DNA of 39,591 bases, taken from the IMG/VR virus record IMGVR_UViG_3300012667_000787, positions 1-39,591 of that record, one strand, 5' to 3'. The notes under the pieces are model-generated. The model was not told the origin of the DNA and did not search any database. It was given only the letters and a program-made list of their open reading frames with translations. Shown here piece after piece: positions 7,434 through 14,640 of this stretch (position 1 is its first letter; every line of letters starts with the position of its first letter). The position numbers were made by a program, and so were the translations under genes. The DNA comes from a virus (Duplodnaviria > Caudoviricetes).

Positions 7434-7756
7434 CGTTCCTCGCCCGCGCCAAAGGCCCGATGGGTTTCAAGCCTGAGAAGCCCGCCAACGGCACAGCCTC
7501 CTGCAAGCGCCACATGGCGGCTGTAGCGGCCCTACCCTGCCTTGTCTGCGGTGTGCATGGCGTTGAGGTCCACCACGAAGGCAAGCCCCGCTCTGACATG
7601 CGGGTGCTGCCTCTCTGCCCGCGCCATCACCGCCGCGAGTTTGGCGAAGGCGCTTACCACTACAGACCCCGCGCTTTTTACGAGGCGCACGGGGATAGCA
7701 AATTCCTGCTGGCAAAAGTCGCTGACCAACTTGCTGGCGAGTTCAACCCAATCTGA
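7430..7756 (+). CDS. DUF968/Ref-like HNH-fold protein
   Basis: VAALPCLVCG..VEVHH...VLPLCPRHH. Confidence 0.7.
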   Translation: MTFLARAKGPMGFKPEKPANGTASCKRHMAAVAALPCLVCGVHGVEVHHEGKPRSDMRVLPLCPRHHRREFGEGAYHYRPRAFYEAHGDSKFLLAKVADQLAGEFNPI

Positions 7757-7807
7757 TCCCGAACGCGGGCGGGTTAGCCCCGCGCATTCAACCGAAGGAC
7801 CCTACAC

Positions 7808-8071
7808 ATGAAACTGACCGAAACGACACTGACCCTTGCCCTTATCGCGTTTGGCACCGCGTCTTTCGCCTTCCCCGCCCACCAGCAGGATGGTTTCCGC
7901 GACACGGGCTGCGATGAAGCCGCGCGCGTGGAGATCCGCAACGACGCGGGCGAACTGCTCTACGTCAACAATCCGACGTGCGGCAGCACGGGCGGCGGGG
8001 CCATTGATCTGGCAAGCCTGCAAGCGGCCTTCCCCGCCCCGGTCGAGCCGGAAGAAGCCTTGGCGAAATAA
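7808..8071 (+). CDS. Small secreted protein
   Basis: Signal peptide ending ASFA; two Cys; AAGGA RBS. Confidence 0.7.
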   Translation: MKLTETTLTLALIAFGTASFAFPAHQQDGFRDTGCDEAARVEIRNDAGELLYVNNPTCGSTGGGAIDLASLQAAFPAPVEPEEALAK

Positions 8072-8134
8072 CGCGGGCGCATCGGTGATGGGCTGCGCTG
8101 CGGCCCTGATCCCATACGCCAGCAAGGAGCGACA

Positions 8135-8404
8135 ATGACACATTCCAACTGCATCACCTTCGCGGGCTTGATCCTCGCCGTTCTGGCCGCGCCCGCCTAC
8201 GCCGAAACCGCGCCGCCCGAAAAGCCGCCCGCACCCGCCGTCACTTTTGGCAGCGGCAACCCCACCGCGCCGTATGTGGCGCAGCACTGGACGGGCGTTT
8301 GCGAATACCTGCCGGACGGGCGGCTGTTGGTCCACACCGCGTTTCTGCGCAATCCGCAGATCGCCGCAGAGCAATGCCGCGAATGGTTGGAGGAACGGAA
8401 ATGA
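8135..8404 (+). CDS. Small secreted protein
   Basis: Signal peptide ending AYA; two Cys in the mature part; AAGGAG RBS. Confidence 0.7.
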   Translation: MTHSNCITFAGLILAVLAAPAYAETAPPEKPPAPAVTFGSGNPTAPYVAQHWTGVCEYLPDGRLLVHTAFLRNPQIAAEQCREWLEERK

Positions 8405-8649
8405 GCGCGCAATCTTTTGGGTCTGTCGCTGAAACTGGCGCAAAGCCGGGCGATAAGGTGAAATGCGTTTCGGTAAGTGATGCTGAGAGCATCCGCTTCA
8501 CGAAGGGCGCAATCTACGAAGTCATCGACTTTTGCGGGTCCCCACACGTCCACGGGAGTTCCAATTATCGCGGTGGGTCAGAAGCGCCCGAATGGATTAT
8601 TCCGTGGCGCGGCTACGGTGCGCGCTGGCAGTTGGTTGGCGCCGCATGA
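8401..8649 (+). CDS. Hypothetical protein (KPGDKVKCV...FTKGAIYEV, small beta-barrel-like)
   Basis: ATGA-coupled at both ends. Confidence 0.6.
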   Translation: MSAQSFGSVAETGAKPGDKVKCVSVSDAESIRFTKGAIYEVIDFCGSPHVHGSSNYRGGSEAPEWIIPWRGYGARWQLVGAA

Positions 8650-8996
8650 CCCGCCTCGCCCCGATCATCTTCGCAGGCCTGATCCTTGGCGGCAGCGTGG
8701 CCGCGCTGGCGCAGGATACCTACGCCTGGACGCCCGACACGCGGGTGACGATCCAGCCCGGGGCGGTGGCGGAAGTGGTTTTCCTCAATACCGAGGTCCA
8801 CACCGCCTTTGCCTACGCATTCCCGCTCACGCTTGACGGGCTGACGGTATCGGTGGCGGTGGAAATCAACGCAGAGGGCGCGGCTGATCGCTACACGGTG
8901 ACGCCGCCCGACGGGTTCATAGCATGGCCCGAAAGCCAACTGGTGCCGGAGAATGGTGCCGCGGTCATTTACATCATGGATGAGGCGATAGGATGA
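8646..8996 (+). CDS. Secreted beta-rich protein
   Basis: Signal peptide MTRLAPIIFAGLILGGSVAALA; ATGA-coupled. Confidence 0.7.
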   Translation: MTRLAPIIFAGLILGGSVAALAQDTYAWTPDTRVTIQPGAVAEVVFLNTEVHTAFAYAFPLTLDGLTVSVAVEINAEGAADRYTVTPPDGFIAWPESQLVPENGAAVIYIMDEAIG

Positions 8997-9217
8997 AACT
9001 GTATGACGAAACCGACTGCCTGCCGCATGTGACGATTGGTGATCTGGCATCAATCCAAACGACCGTCACGCTTATTCCGTCAATGTCTTTGCGGTTCGTT
9101 CTCCGTGACGGGCGCAACATCCTGCAACAGTGCTTTCACGAAGCAGAGACAGGGCGCGCTGTGTGGATTGACGTGCCGTTCGTGGCCGACGCTGTTCTGC
9201 GGGAGGCGGGTGAATGA
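8993..9217 (+). CDS. Hypothetical protein
   Basis: ATGA-coupled; ILQQ...WIDVP phage-type motif. Confidence 0.65.
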   Translation: MKLYDETDCLPHVTIGDLASIQTTVTLIPSMSLRFVLRDGRNILQQCFHEAETGRAVWIDVPFVADAVLREAGE

Positions 9218-9381
9218 GTGATGACGACTATCAGAAGCTGCTGGACAGCGCGTCTACGCCGTTGCTGAGGAAGGCATTCCGCGAGGCTTTGGCCTATCGC
9301 CGCGCGCTGCGGGTGATGGGTGTTTGCCCGGACAAGATCGCGCGGGCGTTTGAAGCTGTTGAACGGGGGGCGCTGGAATGA
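9214..9381 (+). CDS. 55-aa hypothetical protein
   Basis: MSDDDYQKLLDS...; ATGA-coupled at both ends. Confidence 0.6.
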   Translation: MSDDDYQKLLDSASTPLLRKAFREALAYRRALRVMGVCPDKIARAFEAVERGALE

Positions 9382-9500
9382 CCGCGCCTCCGACGTATCG
9401 GCTTCCTGACGGTTGGTGGCTGCTGTTTGCGCTGCTTGGCGGGATTGCCGGGTGGGTGGCGCTGGGGCGCGGGGTGGCAATTTGGATGGGGTGGATTTGA
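9378..9500 (+). CDS. 40-aa membrane microprotein
   Basis: MTAPPTYRLPDGWWLLFALLGGIAGWVALGRGVAIWMGWI; coupled at both ends. Confidence 0.55.
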   Translation: MTAPPTYRLPDGWWLLFALLGGIAGWVALGRGVAIWMGWI

Positions 9501-9970
9501 TGAAGATAACGCATAGACCTTGGGGATATTGCACAGATTGCGAATGCGATGTGAAAATACTGGAAGGCGGGCGAGGTTCTTGCGGCCATGGGCGCATCAT
9601 TGTTCATAATGCCATTGCAGTGCCAGCCGACCTCGCCCAAGCCCCCGCGCCCGCTTGGATCGCCAACTGCGCTGTCTGCGGTCGGATTGTGGACACTCGC
9701 GAAAAAGCCGAAGGCGGCGACGGACACGGCTGCGAATACTCCAACGGCTGGGCCTGCTCCACCGATTGCGCGGAGAAGCTGAACCCCGATCCAGATTGGA
9801 TGCGGGAAGACCTCGCCGCGCTGGAAGCCGCCGACGCCGGGGTGGTGGCGGAACTGGTGGAGGCGCTGCGGCAGTTTGAGGCGCACTACCCGCGTGGGAT
9901 TAACCCGTTTCTTGACGATGCACACGCAAAGGCCCGCGCCGTCTTGGCCAAGATCGGCGGTGCAGCATGA
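9500..9970 (+). CDS. Cys-rich hypothetical protein
   Basis: Several CxxC motifs; ends with ARAVLAK, as in phage early genes. Confidence 0.65.
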   Translation: MKITHRPWGYCTDCECDVKILEGGRGSCGHGRIIVHNAIAVPADLAQAPAPAWIANCAVCGRIVDTREKAEGGDGHGCEYSNGWACSTDCAEKLNPDPDWMREDLAALEAADAGVVAELVEALRQFEAHYPRGINPFLDDAHAKARAVLAKIGGAA

Positions 9971-10434
9971 CCCCCACCACCCTCGCCGCCGACGCGGAGC
10001 CGCAAGGCGTGACGGACCTGATCGCGCGGTTGAAAGCGCGGCCGATCATCAGCGGGCCAACGACAGCGCTGCAAGACGAAGAAATGCGTGCGTGGCAAGA
10101 GGAAGCCGCCGCCGCCCTCACCGCCCTGAGCGCCGAAAACGCCGAACTCAAGGCGCAGGTGGCGGAACTGACGCGGGAGCGGGATCGCGAATACAAACGC
10201 GCCATCAATGCCAAAAATGCCCTTGTGGCGGTCAGAAGCGAACGCGATGGGTTGCGTAACGCCGTCGCAAAGGCATTGGACGCGCAAACCACAGAATTCA
10301 ACAGACGAAAAGCCTCCGAGGCCAAGGCGGCGCGGTTGGAGGGGGCGCTGCGGGACATTTGTAAATTGCCCTACGAAAGCCTGAGATGGCGGGACATCGC
10401 CCGCGCCGCACTGACAGAAGGAACGCCGGAATGA
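9967..10434 (+). CDS. Coiled-coil early protein (Ead/Ea22-like style)
   Basis: DLIARL...EAAAALTALSAENAELKAQV; ATGA-coupled. Confidence 0.65.
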   Translation: MTPTTLAADAEPQGVTDLIARLKARPIISGPTTALQDEEMRAWQEEAAAALTALSAENAELKAQVAELTRERDREYKRAINAKNALVAVRSERDGLRNAVAKALDAQTTEFNRRKASEAKAARLEGALRDICKLPYESLRWRDIARAALTEGTPE

Positions 10435-10835
10435 GTGACATGATCAGCAAGCAGGCTGCGATCGAGGCTCTGAATAAGGTCGCGGTGATGCAGCACGATG
10501 AGTGCTGGGGGCGCGCAGTTGAAGCCATCGCCGCCCTTCCCCCCGCCCCTGACGCGCATGGGGGTTCTTTGCAGAAATTGCAAACAACTGTCTGCGTGGA
10601 GGCGCTGGTGAAGGCGGAATGGCGCGGGTTTGACCGCAGCTACCTCTCACCCGGCATCCCGTGCGGGTATGCCATTGTCGGCGCCGATGATGAGGGCTGG
10701 CAGGTCAGCTTGTCGTGGAGGACGTGCGAGGAAACCCTTGACGGGACACATGCCACAATGGACGCCGCGCGGTCCGCTGCCGAGGCGGATTTGCTGGGAC
10801 GCCTTGCCGCCATCCGCGCGGGAGGCGCGAAATGA
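10431..10835 (+). CDS. Hypothetical protein
   Basis: SDMISKQAAIEAL N-terminus; ATGA-coupled. Confidence 0.65.
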   Translation: MSDMISKQAAIEALNKVAVMQHDECWGRAVEAIAALPPAPDAHGGSLQKLQTTVCVEALVKAEWRGFDRSYLSPGIPCGYAIVGADDEGWQVSLSWRTCEETLDGTHATMDAARSAAEADLLGRLAAIRAGGAK

Positions 10836-11110
10836 GTATGCTTCATGACGCCGTAAACGAAGGCATCCAGATCGGGATGGAAGAAAGCGCCTTTGAGCGG
10901 TGCGAGGGCCGTGACTGTCCAGAGGATCGCTGCCCGCAACCCATCGGCCAGTGCATTTGCGCCTACGTCTGGTGGAAGCGCCAGCCTTGGTGGAAGCGCG
11001 TGTTTTCGCAGGAGCCGCCCCGCCCATCGGCGGATGAGTGCATCAAGGCGATGGTCGGGTGGGCTGTCGATGGCGCGATTGATGATTTGCAGGTGGGAGG
11101 CAAGCCATGA
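10832..11110 (+). CDS. Hypothetical protein
   Basis: GGAGG RBS; ATGA-coupled. Confidence 0.6.
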   Translation: MSMLHDAVNEGIQIGMEESAFERCEGRDCPEDRCPQPIGQCICAYVWWKRQPWWKRVFSQEPPRPSADECIKAMVGWAVDGAIDDLQVGGKP

Positions 11111-11286
11111 CGATCCAGGGGCTGATAGAGGCGGTGGCGGTTGTGCGCGTTCCAGGCTGGGGCTTCGATTATTGCGAGGCCAGATATTACGGATGGCGGC
11201 ACAGTCTCCATGTCGGGCCGTGGCTGATCTTCTGGGGAGCAATGACGGAGGATGAGATCCGTGAATATCACGAGGCCCGCCCATGA
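11107..11286 (+). CDS. 59-aa hypothetical protein
   Basis: MTIQGLIEAVAVV...; GGAGG RBS; ATGA-coupled at both ends. Confidence 0.6.
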   Translation: MTIQGLIEAVAVVRVPGWGFDYCEARYYGWRHSLHVGPWLIFWGAMTEDEIREYHEARP

Positions 11287-11357
11287 CCGCCGCGCTTTGG
11301 TTCATTGCGGGCGTGGCAGTGGGCGTCGTCTGGACGTGCAACAGGCTTAGGGGGTGA
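11283..11357 (+). CDS. 24-aa membrane microprotein
   Basis: MTAALWFIAGVAVGVVWTCNRLRG; ATGA-coupled. Confidence 0.45.
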   Translation: MTAALWFIAGVAVGVVWTCNRLRG

Positions 11358-11361
11358 GGGG

Positions 11362-11511
11362 ATGGAGGAAGCGTTTGTTGTCGTCCGCGTGGTGAGCTTC
11401 ATCGGCTTTGTGTATATGTCGAACAAGGCATTCAATCGCCACAATAACGGCGAAGAATGGCAGTTTCACGCATGGCTTTCCACGCTCTATCTGATCGGGG
11501 CAATGTCGTGA
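11362..11511 (+). CDS. Small two-helix membrane protein
   Basis: MEEAFVVVRVVSFIGFVYM...; purine-rich RBS. Confidence 0.55.
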   Translation: MEEAFVVVRVVSFIGFVYMSNKAFNRHNNGEEWQFHAWLSTLYLIGAMS

Positions 11512-11612
11512 AACACCAGCCCCTCGCCGTTCGCGCGCAGACAGCCGCCGCGATGCTGGACTTGCCGCCTGCGGAGTTCATGCGGCTTGTAGAGCATGGG
11601 GCCTTGCCATGA
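11508..11612 (+). pseudogene. Truncated excisionase-like HTH relic
   Basis: MKHQPLAVRAQTAAAMLDLPPAEFMRLVEHGALP* ends before the expected wing. Confidence 0.55.
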
Positions 11613-11911
11613 ACGCATTCCCCGCAAAACCGCTTGGCATGGATGAAGCCGCAGCACACCTTGGCATCAGCCGGAGGACGCTTTCGGACTCACTGAAACG
11701 CTTGCCCTACTATGAACTGCGGGGCAGGAAGAAAGTCTTTTACCCGGAACATATCGCGCAACTGCGCCAGGGGATGCACGAATGCGCCTTCAAATCCGAT
11801 GGATCAACGGCTGGGCCTATGCCCACGGGTCCGGCCCTGATGGTAAGCGGGTCCGCCGCGCTCTCGGCACTCAGGATGCTAACCGCGCAGAGGAAGCCCG
11901 CGCGAACCTAG
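11609..11911 (+). CDS. xis: Excisionase / MerR-like HTH
   Basis: LGMDEAAAHLGISRRTL...GRKKVF; immediately upstream of and overlapping the integrase. Confidence 0.75.
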   Translation: MNAFPAKPLGMDEAAAHLGISRRTLSDSLKRLPYYELRGRKKVFYPEHIAQLRQGMHECAFKSDGSTAGPMPTGPALMVSGSAALSALRMLTAQRKPART

Positions 11912-12747
11912 AAGCCCGCCTGTGGAAGATCAAACACTATGGGCCGGAGTCGGTTGTCACCTTTGACGAGGCCGCGCTTGCCTATGCACAAGACGGGAAA
12001 GAGGGGCGCTTCCTGTTCAAGATTGCGGAACAGCTATCCGGCAAGGTTCTGCGCGAAATCACCCCGAAGATGATCCGGGACGCAGCGCGCAGGGCATACC
12101 CCACCGCCAAGAATGCCACCGTGAACCGCCAAGGCATTGTGCCAGCGCGGGCGGTGCTGAATTACGGCCATGCACAGGGCTGGTGTGCGCCGATCAAGGT
12201 TGAGGGCTTCCCGGTCGAGCCGCCGCAGAAGAAGGCCGTGGGGCAAGCGTATTTGGACGCCCTGCGCCCCCACCTGCCGGACCGGGCTTATGCCCTGCTA
12301 ATGTTTCTGCACTACACAGGGCGGCGCGTGGGGGAGGCTATCGCCATGCGCCCGGAACAGATTACGGGAACGCGGGTAATCTTCGGCAAGACCAAGAACG
12401 GCAAGCCCGCCGTTGCAGTCATGCCGCCGCAGATCGCCGCGATGGTTGCCGCACTAGATCCGATTGACGGGCGGGTGTTTGGCTATGCGGGGCGGTCGAG
12501 CCTATACGCCACCATGCGGCGCGCAGCCAAGAAAGCGGGCGTGGAGTATCTGGGAACCCACCAGATCGGGCGTCACAGCTTCGCCACGGCGTTGGATAAC
12601 GCGGGTTGGACAAGCAAGCAGATTGCCGACGCCGGGGGCTGGGAAAGCCCCGCTTTGGTGCAAAGAACCTATGTCCACACAGCCGACACGCAAGAGAAAG
12701 CCGCCAAGCAGCTCGGCAAACAATTGGCAAGGCGGAAAAAGGTGTGA
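11782..12747 (+). CDS. int: Tyrosine integrase
   Basis: YTGRRVGEA (R), KTKNG (K), HQIGRHSFAT (HxxxRH), GGW, C-terminal Y (RTYVH); adjacent attP. Confidence 0.95.
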   Translation: MRLQIRWINGWAYAHGSGPDGKRVRRALGTQDANRAEEARANLEARLWKIKHYGPESVVTFDEAALAYAQDGKEGRFLFKIAEQLSGKVLREITPKMIRDAARRAYPTAKNATVNRQGIVPARAVLNYGHAQGWCAPIKVEGFPVEPPQKKAVGQAYLDALRPHLPDRAYALLMFLHYTGRRVGEAIAMRPEQITGTRVIFGKTKNGKPAVAVMPPQIAAMVAALDPIDGRVFGYAGRSSLYATMRRAAKKAGVEYLGTHQIGRHSFATALDNAGWTSKQIADAGGWESPALVQRTYVHTADTQEKAAKQLGKQLARRKKV

Positions 12748-12791
12748 TAGAATATGGCAATGATTTTAGATGGATACGCGGGAATGCTGCG

Positions 12792-12839
12792 CCCTTGGTA
12801 AGGGAGAGGTCGAGAGTTCAATCCTCTCTTGCAGCACCA
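12792..12839 (+). other. attP core: 3' part of tRNA-Thr(GGT), anticodon arm to CCA
   Basis: CCCTTGGTAAGGG AGAGGTC GAGAG TTCAATC CTCTC TTGCAGC ACCA; no D-arm; 44 nt after int. Confidence 0.9.
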
Positions 12840-12906
12840 TAAATCCAAATAAAATCAAGGCACTTAGGCAATATGCGGCCCCAAGCTATCGCGCAGATTT
12901 GCGCGT

Positions 12907-12921
12907 GAACAGGACGGGAAC
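12907..12921 (+). promoter_or_regulatory. Alphaproteobacterial LexA-box match (GAAC-N7-GAAC)
   Basis: GAAC AGGACGG GAAC, 34 nt upstream of the GIY-YIG ATG. Confidence 0.5.
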
Positions 12922-12955
12922 TGCGGCAAGAAATTGGCAAAGGGAAACGGCGAAT

Positions 12956-13477
12956 ATGACCTGCCAGCTTTACCGACACTTCGACGCAGAAGGCCGACTC
13001 TTGTATGTCGGCATATCCCTGAGCGCTGTCGAGCGGCTAAAGCAGCATGTCGCGCGGGCTGGATGGTCTGCCGAGATTGTCAGCATTACAGTGGAAACGC
13101 ATCCAGACAGGGAAGCGGCCATGAAGGCCGAGCGGCGGGCGGTTGAGCAGGAGCGCCCGCTATACAACAAGATGCTTGTGCCGAAGGGCCAAGTCCGCAT
13201 CCCGTTTCCAGATGGCTTTGCCGAAAGTGAATACGAAGACAACCACCCCCGGCTTGGGGCGAAGTTCCACGACGCCAACGGGTTCAAGACGCATGTGCGC
13301 TTTGATGGCGGGGAAGACGGGCATATGTATATATACAGGGGCGAACAGAAGCCGATTGCCTTGGACATTGAGCGGCTGCGCGAACTGATCAGCTTGGCGG
13401 AACGCGCGCGCGACTGGTCTAAGGCTTTCCGGGCTGCCCGCGCCGATCTGGTCGGCGAACAGGATTTTGAACTATGA
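12956..13477 (+). CDS. GIY-YIG nuclease domain + unknown C-terminal domain
   Basis: LYRHFDAEGRLLYVGIS...RLKQH...AMKAERRAV...PLYN. The likely start is ATG 12956. Confidence 0.85.
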   Translation: MTCQLYRHFDAEGRLLYVGISLSAVERLKQHVARAGWSAEIVSITVETHPDREAAMKAERRAVEQERPLYNKMLVPKGQVRIPFPDGFAESEYEDNHPRLGAKFHDANGFKTHVRFDGGEDGHMYIYRGEQKPIALDIERLRELISLAERARDWSKAFRAARADLVGEQDFEL

Positions 13478-13566
13478 CGCCCGTCGCCTTGGTTGCAGCC
13501 GTGCGGGCCGCTATCGCCGCAGTGTTGAACAGGCCGCAGGGGCCGGATGATGGAGGTGGGGAATGA
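13474..13566 (+). CDS. 30-aa peptide or gene remnant
   Basis: MTPVALVAAVRAAIAAVLNRPQGPDDGGGE; ATGA-coupled at both ends. Confidence 0.4.
   Translation: MTPVALVAAVRAAIAAVLNRPQGPDDGGGE
13528..13547 (+). repeat. 20-bp direct repeat, copy 1
   Basis: AACAGGCCGCAGGGGCCGGA, identical at 14062..14081. Confidence 0.9.
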
Positions 13567-14063
13567 CTGGATTGATGCCGCGCCCGAAAGACCTTGGGAA
13601 GCTGCTGTCCAGCACGGCTGGCCAGCCCATATTCCATGCAGAGAACGACGAAACGCCGAACCCCTGCGGCTATCGCAAGGTAATGGGCTATTTTCTGCCG
13701 CCGTGGCAGCGCGGCCTGGTGTGGACGCAGGACCAACAGATCAAGCTGATCGAAAGCCTGTGGTTGGGCCTGAACATCGGCACATACACTTTCAACCGCA
13801 CCCGGCAAATGGGGCATAGGCTCGATAATCTTCTGATCGACGGCCAGCAACGGCTTCACGCTATGGAGTGCTATTTGCGCGGCGATTTCAAGGTGTTTGG
13901 CTACCATTGGGCCGAATTGCCGAAGTCAGATCAGCGCGGCTTTGAAATGGGGCGGCACTTTCATTGCTACATCACCGAAACGGACGACGAGCAATATCTG
14001 AGGGAATATTACAACATGACAAACTTTGGCGGCACCGCTCACAAGGAAACAGAGCGCGCGTAA
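13563..14063 (+). CDS. Stand-alone DUF262 (GmrS-like, ParB/Srx fold) protein
   Basis: PPWQRGLVW...LIESL...IG...LIDGQQRL...YNMTNFGGT. Confidence 0.88.
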   Translation: MTGLMPRPKDLGKLLSSTAGQPIFHAENDETPNPCGYRKVMGYFLPPWQRGLVWTQDQQIKLIESLWLGLNIGTYTFNRTRQMGHRLDNLLIDGQQRLHAMECYLRGDFKVFGYHWAELPKSDQRGFEMGRHFHCYITETDDEQYLREYYNMTNFGGTAHKETERA

Positions 14064-14081
14064 CAGGCCGCAGGGGCCGGA
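14062..14081 (+). repeat. 20-bp direct repeat, copy 2
   Basis: Identical to 13528..13547; overlaps the DUF262 stop codon. Confidence 0.9.
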
Positions 14082-14093
14082 AGGAGACGAGTG

Positions 14094-14285
14094 ATGGAAC
14101 GCCATTTGACGACGCTAACCGCTGCCAAATACGGCAACCGAAACGTGCCGAAGATGATCCGGCAGGTTGATGATCTGCGGAAAGCAATTCGCGCGGAAGG
14201 AACGCCAGCCATTCAAGACGCATGGGATAAGGTAGAGGAGCATATTGACTTCGCCTACCGCCCCACCCCCACCGCGCAGGAGTGA
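14094..14285 (+). CDS. Hypothetical protein
   Basis: AAGGAG RBS; LRKAIRAEGTPAIQDAWDKVEEHID. Confidence 0.7.
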   Translation: MERHLTTLTAAKYGNRNVPKMIRQVDDLRKAIRAEGTPAIQDAWDKVEEHIDFAYRPTPTAQE

Positions 14286-14289
14286 CGCC

Positions 14290-14640
14290 ATGACCGATTA
14301 CACAGACCTGAAACTGCCGGATCGTGTATGGGCTTGGGGTTCCGAATTGATGGGCGAGTGGGACTTAGACCCTACGGGCGGAACGGAATACATCCGCGCT
14401 GACATTCACGCCGTCGCAATCGCCGCGCTGGAAGCGACTTTAGACCATTGGCGCAAGGAATGGGATAAGGCGCATTACGCGCAACAGGAAATCATATCAG
14501 AGCAAGAAACCCGCCGCGCCGCGCTGGAAGCGGAGCTGGATGCGCTGCGGGTGGCGATCATTGATCGCCTTGACCGTCACCCGCCAGACTGCGACTGCGG
14601 CGCGTGTGAGCCTCTGCGCGCCGCCCTCACGGCCAGTTAG
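14290..14640 (+). CDS. Hypothetical early-type protein
   Basis: AGGAG RBS; PDRVW...EYIRAD motif; coiled coil. Confidence 0.7.
   Translation: MTDYTDLKLPDRVWAWGSELMGEWDLDPTGGTEYIRADIHAVAIAALEATLDHWRKEWDKAHYAQQEIISEQETRRAALEAELDALRVAIIDRLDRHPPDCDCGACEPLRAALTAS

Larger units (their letters stand above)
12714..12940 (+). repeat. Putative integrase arm-type sites flanking the attP core
   Basis: CGGCAAACAATTGGCAA 12714..12730 and CGGCAAGAAATTGGCAA 12924..12940 (15/17 identical). Confidence 0.6.

Noticed and set aside
12852-12866. IHF site AATCAAGGCACTTA
   Set aside because: Spacing is one base off WATCAA-N4-TTR; not supportable.
12770-12955. N-terminal extension of the GIY-YIG ORF, or a complete tRNA gene
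   Set aside because: The extension runs through attP, and the tRNA lacks a D-arm, so it is an att core.
14420-14535. Repeated CGCCGCGCTGGAAGC (also near 9814)
   Set aside because: Encodes AALEA in coiled coils; codon-level recurrence, not an array.
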